A DNA stretch of 64,000 bases, taken from the NCBI GenBank assembly GCA_021852275.1, contig JAJZNX010000127.1:9423-73422 (forward strand), in the 5' to 3' direction. The DNA is from Planctomycetota bacterium (GTDB lineage: Bacteria > Planctomycetota > Phycisphaerae > WQYP01). Positions 29,182 to 38,518 of the stretch are shown in pieces. The stretch's first letter is position 1. Every line of letters starts with the position of its first letter. Under the pieces are notes generated by a model. That model had not been told where the DNA came from. It ran no database searches and saw only the letters and a program-made list of their open reading frames with translations. The translations under genes and the position numbers were made by a program.

Positions 29182-29949
29182 ATGAAACTCTCAAAAAAAG
29201 TTGCCATTATCACCGGTGCGGCCACCGGCATCGGCCAGGCCATGGCGGTACGTTTTGCGCAGGAAGGAGCGGCGGTAGTAATTGATTATGTCGGTAAACC
29301 AGGTACCGCGGATGATTCGCTGGCCAAAATCAAGGCCGTGGGCGGCCGGGCCATCGCGGTGAATGCCGACGTTTCCAACCCGGAACAGGCGGCCAACATG
29401 ATCACGGAAGCAGTCAAAACCTTTGGCGGCCTGGACATTCTGGTCAATAACGCGGGCATTGAATATAAGCATCCATTTCTGGAATTTCCGATTGACCAGG
29501 TGCAGAAAATTTTCGCCGTGAATTTGTTAGGCCCGCTGGTGTGTGCTCAGGCGGCTGCCCGGCAGATGGTCAAGCAGGGGCGCGGCGGACGCATCATCAA
29601 CATCTCTTCCATTCATGAAGACCTGCCCATGCAGACCAACGCCCCGTACTGCGCCACCAAAGGCGGCATACGTATGTTGATGCGGACCATCGCTGTAGAA
29701 CTGGCTCCGTATAAAATTACCGTCAACAATATCGGGCCGGGCGCTATTTTCACCCCGATTGATAAGGATGTGGAATCCAATCCGGAGATGGAAAAGGCCT
29801 TGATGGCGGAAATTCCATTGGCTCGCTGGGGCAAGCCGGAAGAGGTTGCGGGTCTGGCGACCTATCTGGCTTCCGACGAAGCCGGGTATGTAACCGGATC
29901 GACTTATTTTATTGATGGCGGCATGTTGCGCCAGGCGGGCGCTTTGTAA
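29182..29949 (+). CDS. Short-chain dehydrogenase/reductase (glucose 1-dehydrogenase-like)
   Basis: TGAATGIG cofactor motif, NNAG, and the catalytic S...YCATKGG (YxxxK). Confidence 0.9.
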   Translation: MKLSKKVAIITGAATGIGQAMAVRFAQEGAAVVIDYVGKPGTADDSLAKIKAVGGRAIAVNADVSNPEQAANMITEAVKTFGGLDILVNNAGIEYKHPFLEFPIDQVQKIFAVNLLGPLVCAQAAARQMVKQGRGGRIINISSIHEDLPMQTNAPYCATKGGIRMLMRTIAVELAPYKITVNNIGPGAIFTPIDKDVESNPEMEKALMAEIPLARWGKPEEVAGLATYLASDEAGYVTGSTYFIDGGMLRQAGAL

Positions 29950-29983
29950 GCTCGCTGGACTGGAAGCTTTCCTGACCGGGAGA

Positions 29984-30259
29984 ATGTTTATGCACCGCAT
30001 CACCCTGATGGTTTTACCCAACCACGCTGCTTGCGCGGCCACCTGGAAAATGCTCAGCCTGGTGCTTTCGCCGCGGATTGTATCGGTGATTGAAGAAATT
30101 GACATCACCACCGATCCGGAACTGCTGGAAAAGTATCGCGATGCGGTGCCCGTACTGCTGGTGGATGGCCAGGAGCGGTTCCGCAACCCCATTGATCCGG
30201 ATGCCCTGGCACGGTCGTTCAACAACGAGTTTGGCGAAAGATTCATCGGATTTACGTGA
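29984..30259 (+). CDS. Glutaredoxin-like (DUF836/thioredoxin-fold) small protein with degenerate active site
   Basis: The pattern ITLMVL...IEEIDITTDPELLEKYRDAVPVLLVDG matches glutaredoxin-2-like proteins. The usual CxxC position reads AACAAT, with a single Cys. ATG verified at 29984. Confidence 0.55.
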   Translation: MFMHRITLMVLPNHAACAATWKMLSLVLSPRIVSVIEEIDITTDPELLEKYRDAVPVLLVDGQERFRNPIDPDALARSFNNEFGERFIGFT

Positions 30260-30332
30260 GATCAATGCGGCGGTTCACACGACGCTGGTCCGAAACCGCC
30301 GCCCCGAAAATGGAACCACAAAAAACGTCGGT

Positions 30333-30752
30333 ATGATCACCCAATGTACCATCCCCATTCGTGTGCGCTACGTGGAATGTGATTCCATGGGCTATTTGCA
30401 TCATTCGCATTACCTGCCCTATTTTGAGATGGGACGGACGGAATTGCTGCGGTTGTGTGGCATGCGCTACCGGGATCTGGAAGACCAGGGCATCGCCTTT
30501 GTGGTAACCAAAATCGCCGTCGCCTTCAAACGCCCCGCCCGCTACGACGATGAATTGGAATTAATCACCCGTATCGTCCGGCAGACACATGTACGTATTG
30601 ATCATACGTATGAATTGTACCATCAGGAATCACGTCAACTTCTGTGTACCGCGGATTCCACCATTGCCTGTGTGAACCATCAGGGCCAGGTCATCGCCAT
30701 ACCCGATAAACTCGCCGTAATGCGTAACTTGCTGCCGGAAAAAAGTACCTGA
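30333..30752 (+). CDS. Acyl-CoA thioesterase, YbgC/4HBT hot-dog family
   Basis: IPIRVRYVECDSMGYLHHSHYLPYFEMGRTELL has the catalytic Asp and the hot-dog motif of YbgC/FcoT-like thioesterases. ATG verified at 30333. Confidence 0.85.
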   Translation: MITQCTIPIRVRYVECDSMGYLHHSHYLPYFEMGRTELLRLCGMRYRDLEDQGIAFVVTKIAVAFKRPARYDDELELITRIVRQTHVRIDHTYELYHQESRQLLCTADSTIACVNHQGQVIAIPDKLAVMRNLLPEKST

Positions 30753-30772
30753 TCTTGCGGTTAGGAGGAATC

Positions 30773-32164
30773 ATGGCTGGATGGGATACACTTCGCTTTC
30801 TGGTCCGGGAAGAATTGGTGCAGGCTAAACAGGAGGGGCGGTCGGCAGAAGCGCTGGATGCCCTGCGGCCGGCTTTGGAACAGGCCGGAGACGATGCGAA
30901 AAAGCTCCACGAGATTTATTCCGCGTTGACCAGGATATCCATACCGGATTCCTTTCCATTCAAGGAACCTTCCGACTTGCCGGGCATTCAGGCGTTGCGG
31001 CCGTCCAGCCCACTGCAGATGCCTGTCAGACTTAATGAAAAACAGCTTTTTGACCGCATGTACGGAGCGTGGCTGGGTCGATGTGTGGGATGCGCCCTGG
31101 GCAAGCCGGTGGAATGTTTTATGGGGCCGCACGCGGGGATGTCATCCAGGGATCGAATTAAAACTTATCTTGCGGCCGCGGGCAACGGAGAATATCCGCT
31201 CCAGGACTATTTTCCTGAACATTCTCCGGCCGAAGATCGCGCCGGGCGGGTTGGGTGCCAGGCTTCGACCCGGGAACATATCGCTTTTATGGAAACGGAT
31301 GATGACATCCGCTATACCGTGATCGGGCAGATTATCTTACGCGAAAAATCCGCTGATTTTACCTCGTGGGATGTGGCCTGTGCCTGGATGCAGCATCTTC
31401 CTTATCGAGCGGTTTGTACCGCAGAAACACAAGCCTATCGGAATCTGGTGAATGGCTATGATTTTCATTGCAGTATTCCCTCGGTAGAGCCGGATTGGCA
31501 GTGGGTCAGCACCCATTACAACCCTTACCGCGAATGGATTGGGGCTCAGATCCGGGCGGATTCCTGGGGTTATGCTGCACCGGGCAACCCCCAACTGGCG
31601 GCGGAATTTGCCTGGCGCGATGCTCGCATATCGCACGTTAAAAACGGCATTTACGGGGAAATGTTTGTCGCCGCCATGATTGCCGCCGCTTTCACCTGCG
31701 ATGACGTTCACGCAATTATCACCGCCGGTCTGGCCCAAATACCGTCCACCTCACGGCTTTTCAAAGCCGTGCAGGAGGTGGTGGCCATCTGCGATAAATA
31801 TCGTCTTGATCCGCAGCGATTCGAGATGGTCTTGGACGAAATCTATGCCCTGTTGGGGCAGTATCACCCCGTTCACACCATCAACAATGCGGCACTGGTG
31901 GTCGCGGGCCTGCTGCTGGGCGGGCGGGATTTTGGCCGCGCCATAACCATCGCGGTGATGGGCGGATGGGATACCGACTGCAATGGTGCCACGGTTGGGT
32001 CCATCATGGGAGCGATGCTTGGGGCAACGCTGCTGCCGGTTCACTGGACTGCACGTCTGCATGACCGGTTGCATAGCGGTATTCTGGATTATCATCCGAT
32101 TGCCATTTCCGAGTGTGCCATGCGCAGCGTCGCCATTGCGTCGAAAATTATGCCTCTTTCCTGA
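30773..32164 (+). CDS. ADP-ribosylglycohydrolase family protein
   Basis: GAWLGRCVGCALGKPVE N-terminal motif and MGGWDTDCNGATVGSIMGA metal-binding motif. AGGAGG lies 5 nt upstream of ATG 30773. Confidence 0.88.
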   Translation: MAGWDTLRFLVREELVQAKQEGRSAEALDALRPALEQAGDDAKKLHEIYSALTRISIPDSFPFKEPSDLPGIQALRPSSPLQMPVRLNEKQLFDRMYGAWLGRCVGCALGKPVECFMGPHAGMSSRDRIKTYLAAAGNGEYPLQDYFPEHSPAEDRAGRVGCQASTREHIAFMETDDDIRYTVIGQIILREKSADFTSWDVACAWMQHLPYRAVCTAETQAYRNLVNGYDFHCSIPSVEPDWQWVSTHYNPYREWIGAQIRADSWGYAAPGNPQLAAEFAWRDARISHVKNGIYGEMFVAAMIAAAFTCDDVHAIITAGLAQIPSTSRLFKAVQEVVAICDKYRLDPQRFEMVLDEIYALLGQYHPVHTINNAALVVAGLLLGGRDFGRAITIAVMGGWDTDCNGATVGSIMGAMLGATLLPVHWTARLHDRLHSGILDYHPIAISECAMRSVAIASKIMPLS

Positions 32165-32422
32165 AAGAATAACTGCCCGCACACGGGGCCGTGCTGGGGT
32201 TGCTCGACGATGGTGATGCCGTCACACCGGGGGCAGTTTCCGTGGTGCCCTGATACGGCGGTCGGTGCGATGGCCCTGATGGTACAAATTTGACAGGTCG
32301 TTCAATCCGGCAGAATGAGACGCTATTGTCAACGCCATCCGCCGTCGGTAGGATTTGTCGGTGGGATTTTCGGCGACGCGTGATGAACAGTCCGGCTTGC
32401 ATTTTGACAATGGAGATTTTCT

Positions 32423-33249
32423 ATGGAGTATGTGTGTCTGAATCGGGGAACCACCGGGGGCAATTTATCACAGGAAGATTTTGTGAAAGTTGCGGCCGGG
32501 GCGGGCTTTGCCGGCGCTGATGTGGACATCAACTACGGTGTGCAGCACGGAGTTGCGAAACTTGCGGATCTCTACGCCACACATCATCTGCGCTTTGGTG
32601 GATGGGGGGCACCGGATTTCCGGGCGGAAAGTGCCAAATTGCCGGAGGGGCTGGCGCAATTAAAAAAATGGCTCCGGTGGCGGCCCAACTCAAGGCCGAT
32701 TCCTGCGCCACCTGGATCATGCCTTCTTCCGATCTGCCTTTTCTGGAAAACTGGAATTTTCATGTATCCCGAATCAAACCCATTGCCGATATTTTGCGCG
32801 ACCACGGCCTTCGGTTCGGACTGGAATTTGTGGCACCGTATCATTTGCGGCGCAAGTTCAAGCATGAATTTATTTTTACTCCCGGACTGATGCTGGAATT
32901 GGCTGATGCCATTGGCACTAACGTGGGCTTGCTGGTGGATAGTTTTCATTGCCACACCGCGGGTACCACCTGGCAGCATCTGGCAGAAATCCCGGCGGAA
33001 AAAATTGTGCTGGCACACCTGAATGACGCCCCACGGGTTCCGGTAGGCGAAGTACAGGACGGCCAGCGCGTATTGCCCGGTAACGGTGGAATTGATTTGG
33101 TGGGATTTTTGCAGGCGCTCCGGCGTACCGGCTACAACGGCCCCATGTCGCTGGAAGTTTTCAATCAACAGCTTCGTGAAATGCCCGCCCCGCAAGCGGC
33201 TACCTTGGCCTGGCAGGCCACCAAGCGTGTGCTGCAAGTGGCAGGCTGA
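32423..33249 (+). pseudogene. Sugar phosphate isomerase/epimerase (xylose isomerase-like TIM barrel), split by a -1 frame change at an A7 run
   Basis: The N-terminal 82 codons lie in the frame of 32423 (...FRAESAKLPEGLAQLKK). The rest lies in the frame of 32602 (MAPVAAQLKADSCATWIMPSSD ... HLNDAP ... MSLEVF). Joined, they give a ~275-aa protein of normal length for this family. Confidence 0.75.
32662..32668 (+). other. A7 homopolymer forming an A_AAA_AAA heptamer at the frame junction of the TIM-barrel gene
   Basis: 0-frame codons are TTA AAA AAA TGG. The -1 frame reads ATT AAA AAA ATG GCT and continues the homologous protein. One extra A would restore a single ORF. Confidence 0.6.
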
Positions 33250-33270
33250 AGCTCTTCGGCGGTGAAAACC

Positions 33271-33472
33271 AGACATCTTGCCCGCGGTGAAATTGGAGGG
33301 GGGACATCCTGCCCGCCATGTGGCCGCGAGCGTCCTCGCCCGCATCGTCGTACCTGGCGATGCCCCAGCGTAGCACAGACATTCTTGTCTTTGGCCGTGC
33401 AGCACCGCGTCCGCAATCCCACATTCTTGTCTGCCAAACATTGAGCCTTGGGACCGCGGGCATCTTGCCCGC
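33271..33472 (+). repeat. Five co-oriented degenerate copies of a ~15-nt motif RRACAT(T)CTTGYCYGC
   Basis: Five copies: AGACATCTTGCCCGC (33271), GGACATCCTGCCCGC (33302), AGACATTCTTGTCT (33377), ACATTCTTGTCTGCC (33421), GGGCATCTTGCCCGC (33458). The last lies inside a perfect hairpin GCGGGCA-TCT-TGCCCGC. Confidence 0.5.
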
Positions 33473-33487
33473 AAAATTTGCTGCCAA

Positions 33488-33513
33488 GCTGATCGCTGAT
33501 CGCTGATCGCTGA
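33488..33513 (+). repeat. Heptamer tandem repeat (GCTGATC) x ~3.7, carrying three GATC sites
   Basis: gctgatcgctgatcgctgatcgctga, read directly from the sequence, ~160 nt upstream of tRNA-Ser. Confidence 0.7.
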
Positions 33514-33670
33514 AAGTTAATTGCTGTAAGTCCCCCTATAGCATCTCAAGCCAGCCGTTTTCGTTTGACCTGACTGAAAGCTTACGCTACCGTAAAAAGG
33601 GTAGCGTCACGGCCCATGGGTATGCGGATATGCCCCAGGTCGTGGTGGACCTGGCATGGGCTATCCAACA

Positions 33671-33757
33671 GGAGGCGTGGCAGAGCGGTTGATTGCGCCG
33701 GTCTTGAAAACCGGTGACGGGGCAACTCGTCCGGGGGTTCGAATCCCTCCGCCTCCG
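33671..33757 (+). tRNA. tRNA-Ser (anticodon UGA), class II with long variable arm
   Basis: Acceptor stem GGAGGCG/CGCCTCC with discriminator G. Anticodon stem CCGGT/ACCGG with loop CTTGAAA (anticodon TGA). 18-nt variable arm and T-loop GGGGGTTCGAATCCCTC. No encoded CCA. Confidence 0.92.
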
Positions 33758-33944
33758 TTGGTCCGCCAGGTCAACAATGCCGGACTGTGCCATGACAGGA
33801 AGTGAGTCAACCGTCCGGCGCAGGCTGCAGTTGTACGGGCGACCGGCGTTTATACCGGCCATTGTTCATTTTCTCCTGTCTATCTTGCGACCCGCCGGGC
33901 CAATAGCATGGGGTTCAGCAGAAAGCGGAAAGTAGAGATTTACG

Positions 33945-34481
33945 TTGGTGGAACTGCCTTATAGAATTGCCGTGCTGGTGTATTTGTTTAATTCCCGCGG
34001 ACAGATGTTGCTGCTCAAACGCTGCCGCAGCCCCAACCTGGATCTTTATTCGCCGGTTGGCGGCAAGCTGGAACAAGCCAGTGGCGAGTCGCCGTTTGCC
34101 TGCGCGTTACGAGAAATTACCGAAGAAACCGGCCAGCGCCTGGCCCTTGCGGATATCCGGTTGATGGGAATTGTTTCAGAAAAGGCCTTCGAAGGCCGCG
34201 GACATTGGCTGATGTTCTGTTTTGAATCTTTGACTGCGGTTAATTTTCCTGCCCACGAGATTCCCGAAGGAAAACTGGAATGGGTGGATCCCGCAGCGGT
34301 AGGCGAGCTTGAGATTCCGCAAACCGACCGCCAAATCATTTGGCCGCTGGTACAACAGCACAGCATGAATCTAAACCCGGGCGGCCCAGGCTCGCGAGCA
34401 GAGATTTTCAGCGTGCATATTGACTGTTCGGACGGCCAGCAGAGCATGCAACCTGTGCTGGAGCAATCCCGGCGGATTTAA
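33945..34481 (+). CDS. NUDIX hydrolase
   Basis: Nudix box GGKLEQASGESPFACALREITEETG (GX5EX7REUXEEXGU). TTG start per the ORF track. Confidence 0.85.
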   Translation: MVELPYRIAVLVYLFNSRGQMLLLKRCRSPNLDLYSPVGGKLEQASGESPFACALREITEETGQRLALADIRLMGIVSEKAFEGRGHWLMFCFESLTAVNFPAHEIPEGKLEWVDPAAVGELEIPQTDRQIIWPLVQQHSMNLNPGGPGSRAEIFSVHIDCSDGQQSMQPVLEQSRRI

Positions 34482-34505
34482 TCGTGGGGCCGCAAGGCGA
34501 CCGGG

Positions 34506-34895
34506 TTACTCTTCCTCATCCTCATCGTAATAAATTTCGTCATCGTCGTCGAGGTCCTCATCATCGAATCCCTCTTCCACGTCGTCATCATCGTCGGCGA
34601 AGTCGTCATCATCGTCGTCTTCGCCTTCATCGTCGTCATCTTCCAGATCGTCATCGTCATCGCCGATATCGTCATCATCCGCACGCTTGCGCTTGGCCAG
34701 ACCCACCGGCTGTATTTGGCCAGTGGCGGACAGATCCGCGACGAGGCTGTCGGACCACACCTCGAATAAGTCTGCCGAATCTGCCGGCAGCAGGTCCGTG
34801 CCGATTGATTCCCGGATCGATGCGAGAATCTGCGGTGACACCGGGAAATATGGATGTTCATGGGCAGGCAATGGAGACAACACAAATACGTTCAT
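34506..34895 (-). CDS. Hypothetical protein with extreme poly-Asp/Glu C-terminal tail
   Basis: ATG verified at 34895 (MNVFVLSPLPAHEHPYF...). The ~70-aa N-terminal part is followed by KRKR and then ~57 residues that are almost entirely D/E (DDDDIGDDDDDLEDDDDEGEDDDDDDFADDDDDVEEGFDDEDLDDDDEIYYDEDEEE). Confidence 0.6.
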   Translation of the reverse strand: MNVFVLSPLPAHEHPYFPVSPQILASIRESIGTDLLPADSADLFEVWSDSLVADLSATGQIQPVGLAKRKRADDDDIGDDDDDLEDDDDEGEDDDDDDFADDDDDVEEGFDDEDLDDDDEIYYDEDEEE

Positions 34896-35306
34896 GGAAC
34901 TCTTCTCCAAATGAGAACAGTGACAAACACAACTTTTGGAAACTGTTGTCGGAAACAATCCGCACAGTCCGATTTTTGTCATATTACCTTTCGCGGCTTA
35001 TCTTCCGGCACATGCACCACGGTATCTTCTGCCAAACCGCCCGGGTTTTCAACCGGCCGCCAAGCCCGATAGCCGGGGAATTGGTGCAATTTATAAACCT
35101 CCGCCAACAATTGTTCAACCCCCCCGCGGGGATCGTCCACCGTTTGGATCAAGGGGCTTGATCCCGTGGAATTCTCCGGCGTAAATTACCCGCATTTTCT
35201 AAACTGTCAATACTACTTCGGCGCAATTTCCCCATGGGCTGGAGTAATGGCGTCAAGCCGCCTGTCTGATGTTATGATGGGGGCGTTGTTATGAAAGGGA
35301 CAAATC

Positions 35307-35846
35307 GTGGCTAAAGCCAAGAGAATCGCCATTTTTCCCGGAACCTTTGATCCAATCACCCGGGGGCATCTGGATGTTATCGAGCGCGGCTGCCGGCTTT
35401 TTGATCAGGTTATTGTGGCCATCGGCAAGAATCCGGACAAGACGCAACTGTTTCCCGTCGAAGACCGAATAGAAATGATTCGCGGTCTGCTGGCCAAAAT
35501 TCCCAATACTACAGTGGAAGCCTATAGCGGCCTTACCGTTGAACTGGTGCGACGCCGACGGGCCGTGGCCATTCTCCGCGGACTGCGCAACATGACGGAC
35601 CTGGAATACGAATTCCAACTGGCGTTGACCAACCGGGTGGTCGCTGATGTGGACACGGTTTTTATTATGACCAACGAACGGTTTGGTTTTACCTCCAGCA
35701 GTTTAATCCGGCAGATCGCGGCCTTCGGAGGCGACCTCAAGAGTCTTTCGGGTCTGCTGCCGCACGTGGTGATACAAAAACTTCGCTACTATCGCGACTG
35801 TAAACTCGGGCCGTTTGCCCAGGCTCCGGTGGAGCCGCTGCGTTAA
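35307..35846 (+). CDS. coaD: Pantetheine-phosphate adenylyltransferase
   Basis: [22 protein letters not shown] (the T/HxGH nucleotidyltransferase motif) and a ~160-170 aa CoaD architecture. GTG start. Confidence 0.93.
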   Translation: MAKAKRIAIFPGTFDPITRGHLDVIERGCRLFDQVIVAIGKNPDKTQLFPVEDRIEMIRGLLAKIPNTTVEAYSGLTVELVRRRRAVAILRGLRNMTDLEYEFQLALTNRVVADVDTVFIMTNERFGFTSSSLIRQIAAFGGDLKSLSGLLPHVVIQKLRYYRDCKLGPFAQAPVEPLR

Positions 35847-37363
35847 GCGCCGGTTGTCTGGTGCTGGGGACGCTGCGGATGCGGCCAGTCGAGGTGAAAA
35901 AACTCACCGCGCGCAGCGTCGAGTCTCTCGTACGTATGAGCGCCGAAATAGTCGCGTTGGGCTTGAATTAAATTAGCCGGTGAAACGGCGGCCCGATAGC
36001 CATCGTAATAGGCCAGGGCGGATAAAAACGCCGGCGCGGCAATGCCCTGCTGTATGGCCAGTGACGCAACCTGGCGCCACTGGCGCTGCCCTTTGGCCAG
36101 GGCTTTTTTAAAGTATGGATCGAGCATCAAGTTGGTCAGCGCCGGATTGCGACTATAAGCCTGGGTGATTTTTTGCAGGAATCGGGCGCGAATAATGCAG
36201 CCGCCACGCCAGATGCTGGCAATGGTGCCAAAATCAAATGTCCAGTGGTATTCCTCCTGGGCCTGCCGCATCAATTGAAAGCCCTGGGCATAGGCGCAGA
36301 TTTTGGAACAGTATAACGCTTGCCGTACCGCTTCGATGATGGAAGTTTTGCCACTGACACGGGCGGGCTTACTGCCTTTAAGCTGCCGGGCTGCGGATAC
36401 TCGCTCTTCTTTCAGGGCGCTCATGCAGCGGGCAAAGACTGCTTCGGCGATGGAGTTGGCGGGGACGCCCATATCCAAAGCGCTGCCCGCGGTCCATTTA
36501 CCGGTTCCTTTCTGTCCGGCGGCATCAAGCACCATATCCACGAGAAATTTCCGCGGCTTTACCGGGTCGCGCTGCCGCAGGATATCGGCGGTTATTTCAA
36601 TCAGGTACGAATCCAAATCGCCTTGATTCCACTGGGCAAAAATGTCGCCCAGTTCGGCCGGATTGAGCTTCAGCAAATGCTTGAGCAGGTAATAGGCCTC
36701 GCTGATAAGTTGCATATCCACATATTCAATGCCGTTATGTACCATTTTGACGTAATGGCCCGCACCATCAGGCCCCAGGTATGCGGTGCACGGTACGCCA
36801 CCGGTGACGGGCTTTCCCGGAGCCGCACCCGGAATTGGTTGGCCGGTTTTTGGATCCACCTTGGCGGCAATGGCCCGCCAGATCGGTTCCAGATGCTTCC
36901 AGGCTGCCGGGTCGCCGCCAGGCATCAGCGACGGCCCAAACCGGGCACCGAGTTCTCCGCCGGAAACACCCGACCCAAAAAATTTAAGCTGCGTGGAATA
37001 TTGCTTCTCCCTTCGGATGGTATCAGTCCAGAGGCTGTTACCGGCATCAATGACCAGATCATCTTTTTCCAAACCGGCGGCCAGCAGTTGGCTGACCACT
37101 GTGTCGATGGCTGGTCCTGCTTTCACCAGAATAATGATCACCCGCGGTTTTTTAAGGGTGGCGAGGAATAGTGGCAGGGTTTCACATCCGGTGAGTTGGC
37201 CCGGTGTGGATGAATTTTCTCGAATGAACTCCTGCATAACCGCCGTGGTACGGTTAAAAACGGCGATATTAAAGCCATGATCAGCTATGTTCAGGGCCAG
37301 ATTTTTGCCCATAACGGCCAGGCCAATTAAGCCGACATCCGCGGGTTTGACGCTGTCACTCAT
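35843..37363 (-). CDS. gnd: 6-phosphogluconate dehydrogenase (decarboxylating)
   Basis: [22 protein letters not shown] Rossmann motif, GSGVSGGE and [13 protein letters not shown]. Start placed at the internal Met ([11 protein letters not shown]) of the ORF that opens at 37453. There is a 4-nt tail-to-tail overlap with coaD. Confidence 0.93.
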   Translation of the reverse strand: MSDSVKPADVGLIGLAVMGKNLALNIADHGFNIAVFNRTTAVMQEFIRENSSTPGQLTGCETLPLFLATLKKPRVIIILVKAGPAIDTVVSQLLAAGLEKDDLVIDAGNSLWTDTIRREKQYSTQLKFFGSGVSGGELGARFGPSLMPGGDPAAWKHLEPIWRAIAAKVDPKTGQPIPGAAPGKPVTGGVPCTAYLGPDGAGHYVKMVHNGIEYVDMQLISEAYYLLKHLLKLNPAELGDIFAQWNQGDLDSYLIEITADILRQRDPVKPRKFLVDMVLDAAGQKGTGKWTAGSALDMGVPANSIAEAVFARCMSALKEERVSAARQLKGSKPARVSGKTSIIEAVRQALYCSKICAYAQGFQLMRQAQEEYHWTFDFGTIASIWRGGCIIRARFLQKITQAYSRNPALTNLMLDPYFKKALAKGQRQWRQVASLAIQQGIAAPAFLSALAYYDGYRAAVSPANLIQAQRDYFGAHTYERLDAARGEFFHLDWPHPQRPQHQTTGA

Positions 37364-37664
37364 ATTTGTGTGCTCCAAAAAATGATGTTCGACACTCCAT
37401 GGCGGATATGCTACTGCGAATGAAGTCGGTCGGCCAGCATGGCGGCTGGTCAAGGTTGTTCATCCAGAACCTTATCGACCATGCTGGACGGCGCGGCGCT
37501 TAGCGGTTAAATATACCCTGCCGCGATCGATAAACCGGCCTGACTGGGCGGTGGTAGTCGGCCCCACGGGTCCAGTCAAGAACTCCAGTGTGTGGTGGCA
37601 CGTAATAATCAAACTGGGTGGAAGGCCCAGATTGGCCGGGCTTGGACCTACGGAGTTATCTGTT

Positions 37665-38516
37665 GTGAAGCAATTTTTACGCAGGTATCGTGGCATTCGT
37701 GGCACGGTCTTGTTTAGCATTACTTTTTTCATTTTGACATGCAGCGGCTGTATTGATCTGACGGGTTTGCCCAACGACCCGGTAGCCCAGACGGTAAAGC
37801 CTGGCAATGCGCACCTGTATAAATACCCTGGTCATCTGTATGCGATGCGTGGATTTTTGGGCATCTTTTCTACCGGAATGGATCTGCTGGTAAACAAGCT
37901 TAACAGCCGGCATATTGTGGCCTCTGCGGCGGTAGCGGATGAGGCGCGGTATCCGTTGCGAAAGTTTCTGATCCGCGAGTCCATCGCGGGTCGCCTTACG
38001 GGACCGTTGATTCTGGTGGGGCACTCGTGGGGAGCGGATGATCAGGTTCGCATTGCCAGGGCCTTGGGGCGGGCCGGCATCAAAGTGAATCTGCTGCTGC
38101 TGATTGACCCGGTAACGCCGCCGCCCGTGCCAGCCAATGTCATCCGCTGCGTGGATATTTACAAAAGTCATCCACTCACGGACTGGATTCCAGTGTGGCG
38201 CGGCGTTCCCGACGATGCGCGCAATCCCGCGGCGACGGATATGACGGTAATCAATTTGAGGACCGCCAAGGTTGGCTTTGATACTTCCGTAGTGAATCAC
38301 GTCAATATCAGTGCGGTGCCGGGGGTGCAGAAAATGATGATGCATTATATTTTGGATTCTCTGCACCGCGCAGCGGGCCGCCCCGTTACGGTGGGTGTTA
38401 CCACGTTGCCAGGCTCTGTTCATCCGCCATCCACTCAACCATCGCCCCGTGCGGCTGGCGGAGCCGTCATTCAACTTATGGCCAAATCCGCTTCCGATGT
38501 TACAATCAAGCAATAA
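37665..38516 (+). CDS. Alpha/beta-hydrolase-like protein, probably membrane-anchored or lipoprotein
   Basis: GHSWG nucleophile-elbow motif (GxSxG) and N-terminal hydrophobic segment VLFSITFFILTCSGC. GTG 37665 is preceded by a GGAG 8 nt upstream; the ORF track opens at 37551. Confidence 0.6.
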   Translation: MKQFLRRYRGIRGTVLFSITFFILTCSGCIDLTGLPNDPVAQTVKPGNAHLYKYPGHLYAMRGFLGIFSTGMDLLVNKLNSRHIVASAAVADEARYPLRKFLIRESIAGRLTGPLILVGHSWGADDQVRIARALGRAGIKVNLLLLIDPVTPPPVPANVIRCVDIYKSHPLTDWIPVWRGVPDDARNPAATDMTVINLRTAKVGFDTSVVNHVNISAVPGVQKMMMHYILDSLHRAAGRPVTVGVTTLPGSVHPPSTQPSPRAAGGAVIQLMAKSASDVTIKQ

Positions 38517-38518
38517 AA

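Noticed and set aside
33587-33935. Possible genomic island or integrase next to tRNA-Ser. ORFs 33587-33862(-) and 33714-33935(+) overlap the tRNA.
   Set aside because: The ORFs overlap the tRNA gene itself and have no integrase or recombinase motifs. No direct repeat of the tRNA 3' end was seen downstream. The flanking genes (TIM barrel, Nudix, coaD) look like core genes.
34484-35161. A 225-aa Arg/His-rich ORF (…RHRRRGPHHRIPLPRRHHRRRSRHHRR…) lies on the plus strand.
   Set aside because: It is the antisense mirror of the poly-Asp/Glu tail (GAT/GAC/GAA read backwards gives ATC/GTC/TTC, and shifted frames give CGT/CAT). It has no independent start context and overlaps the more plausible acidic-tail gene.
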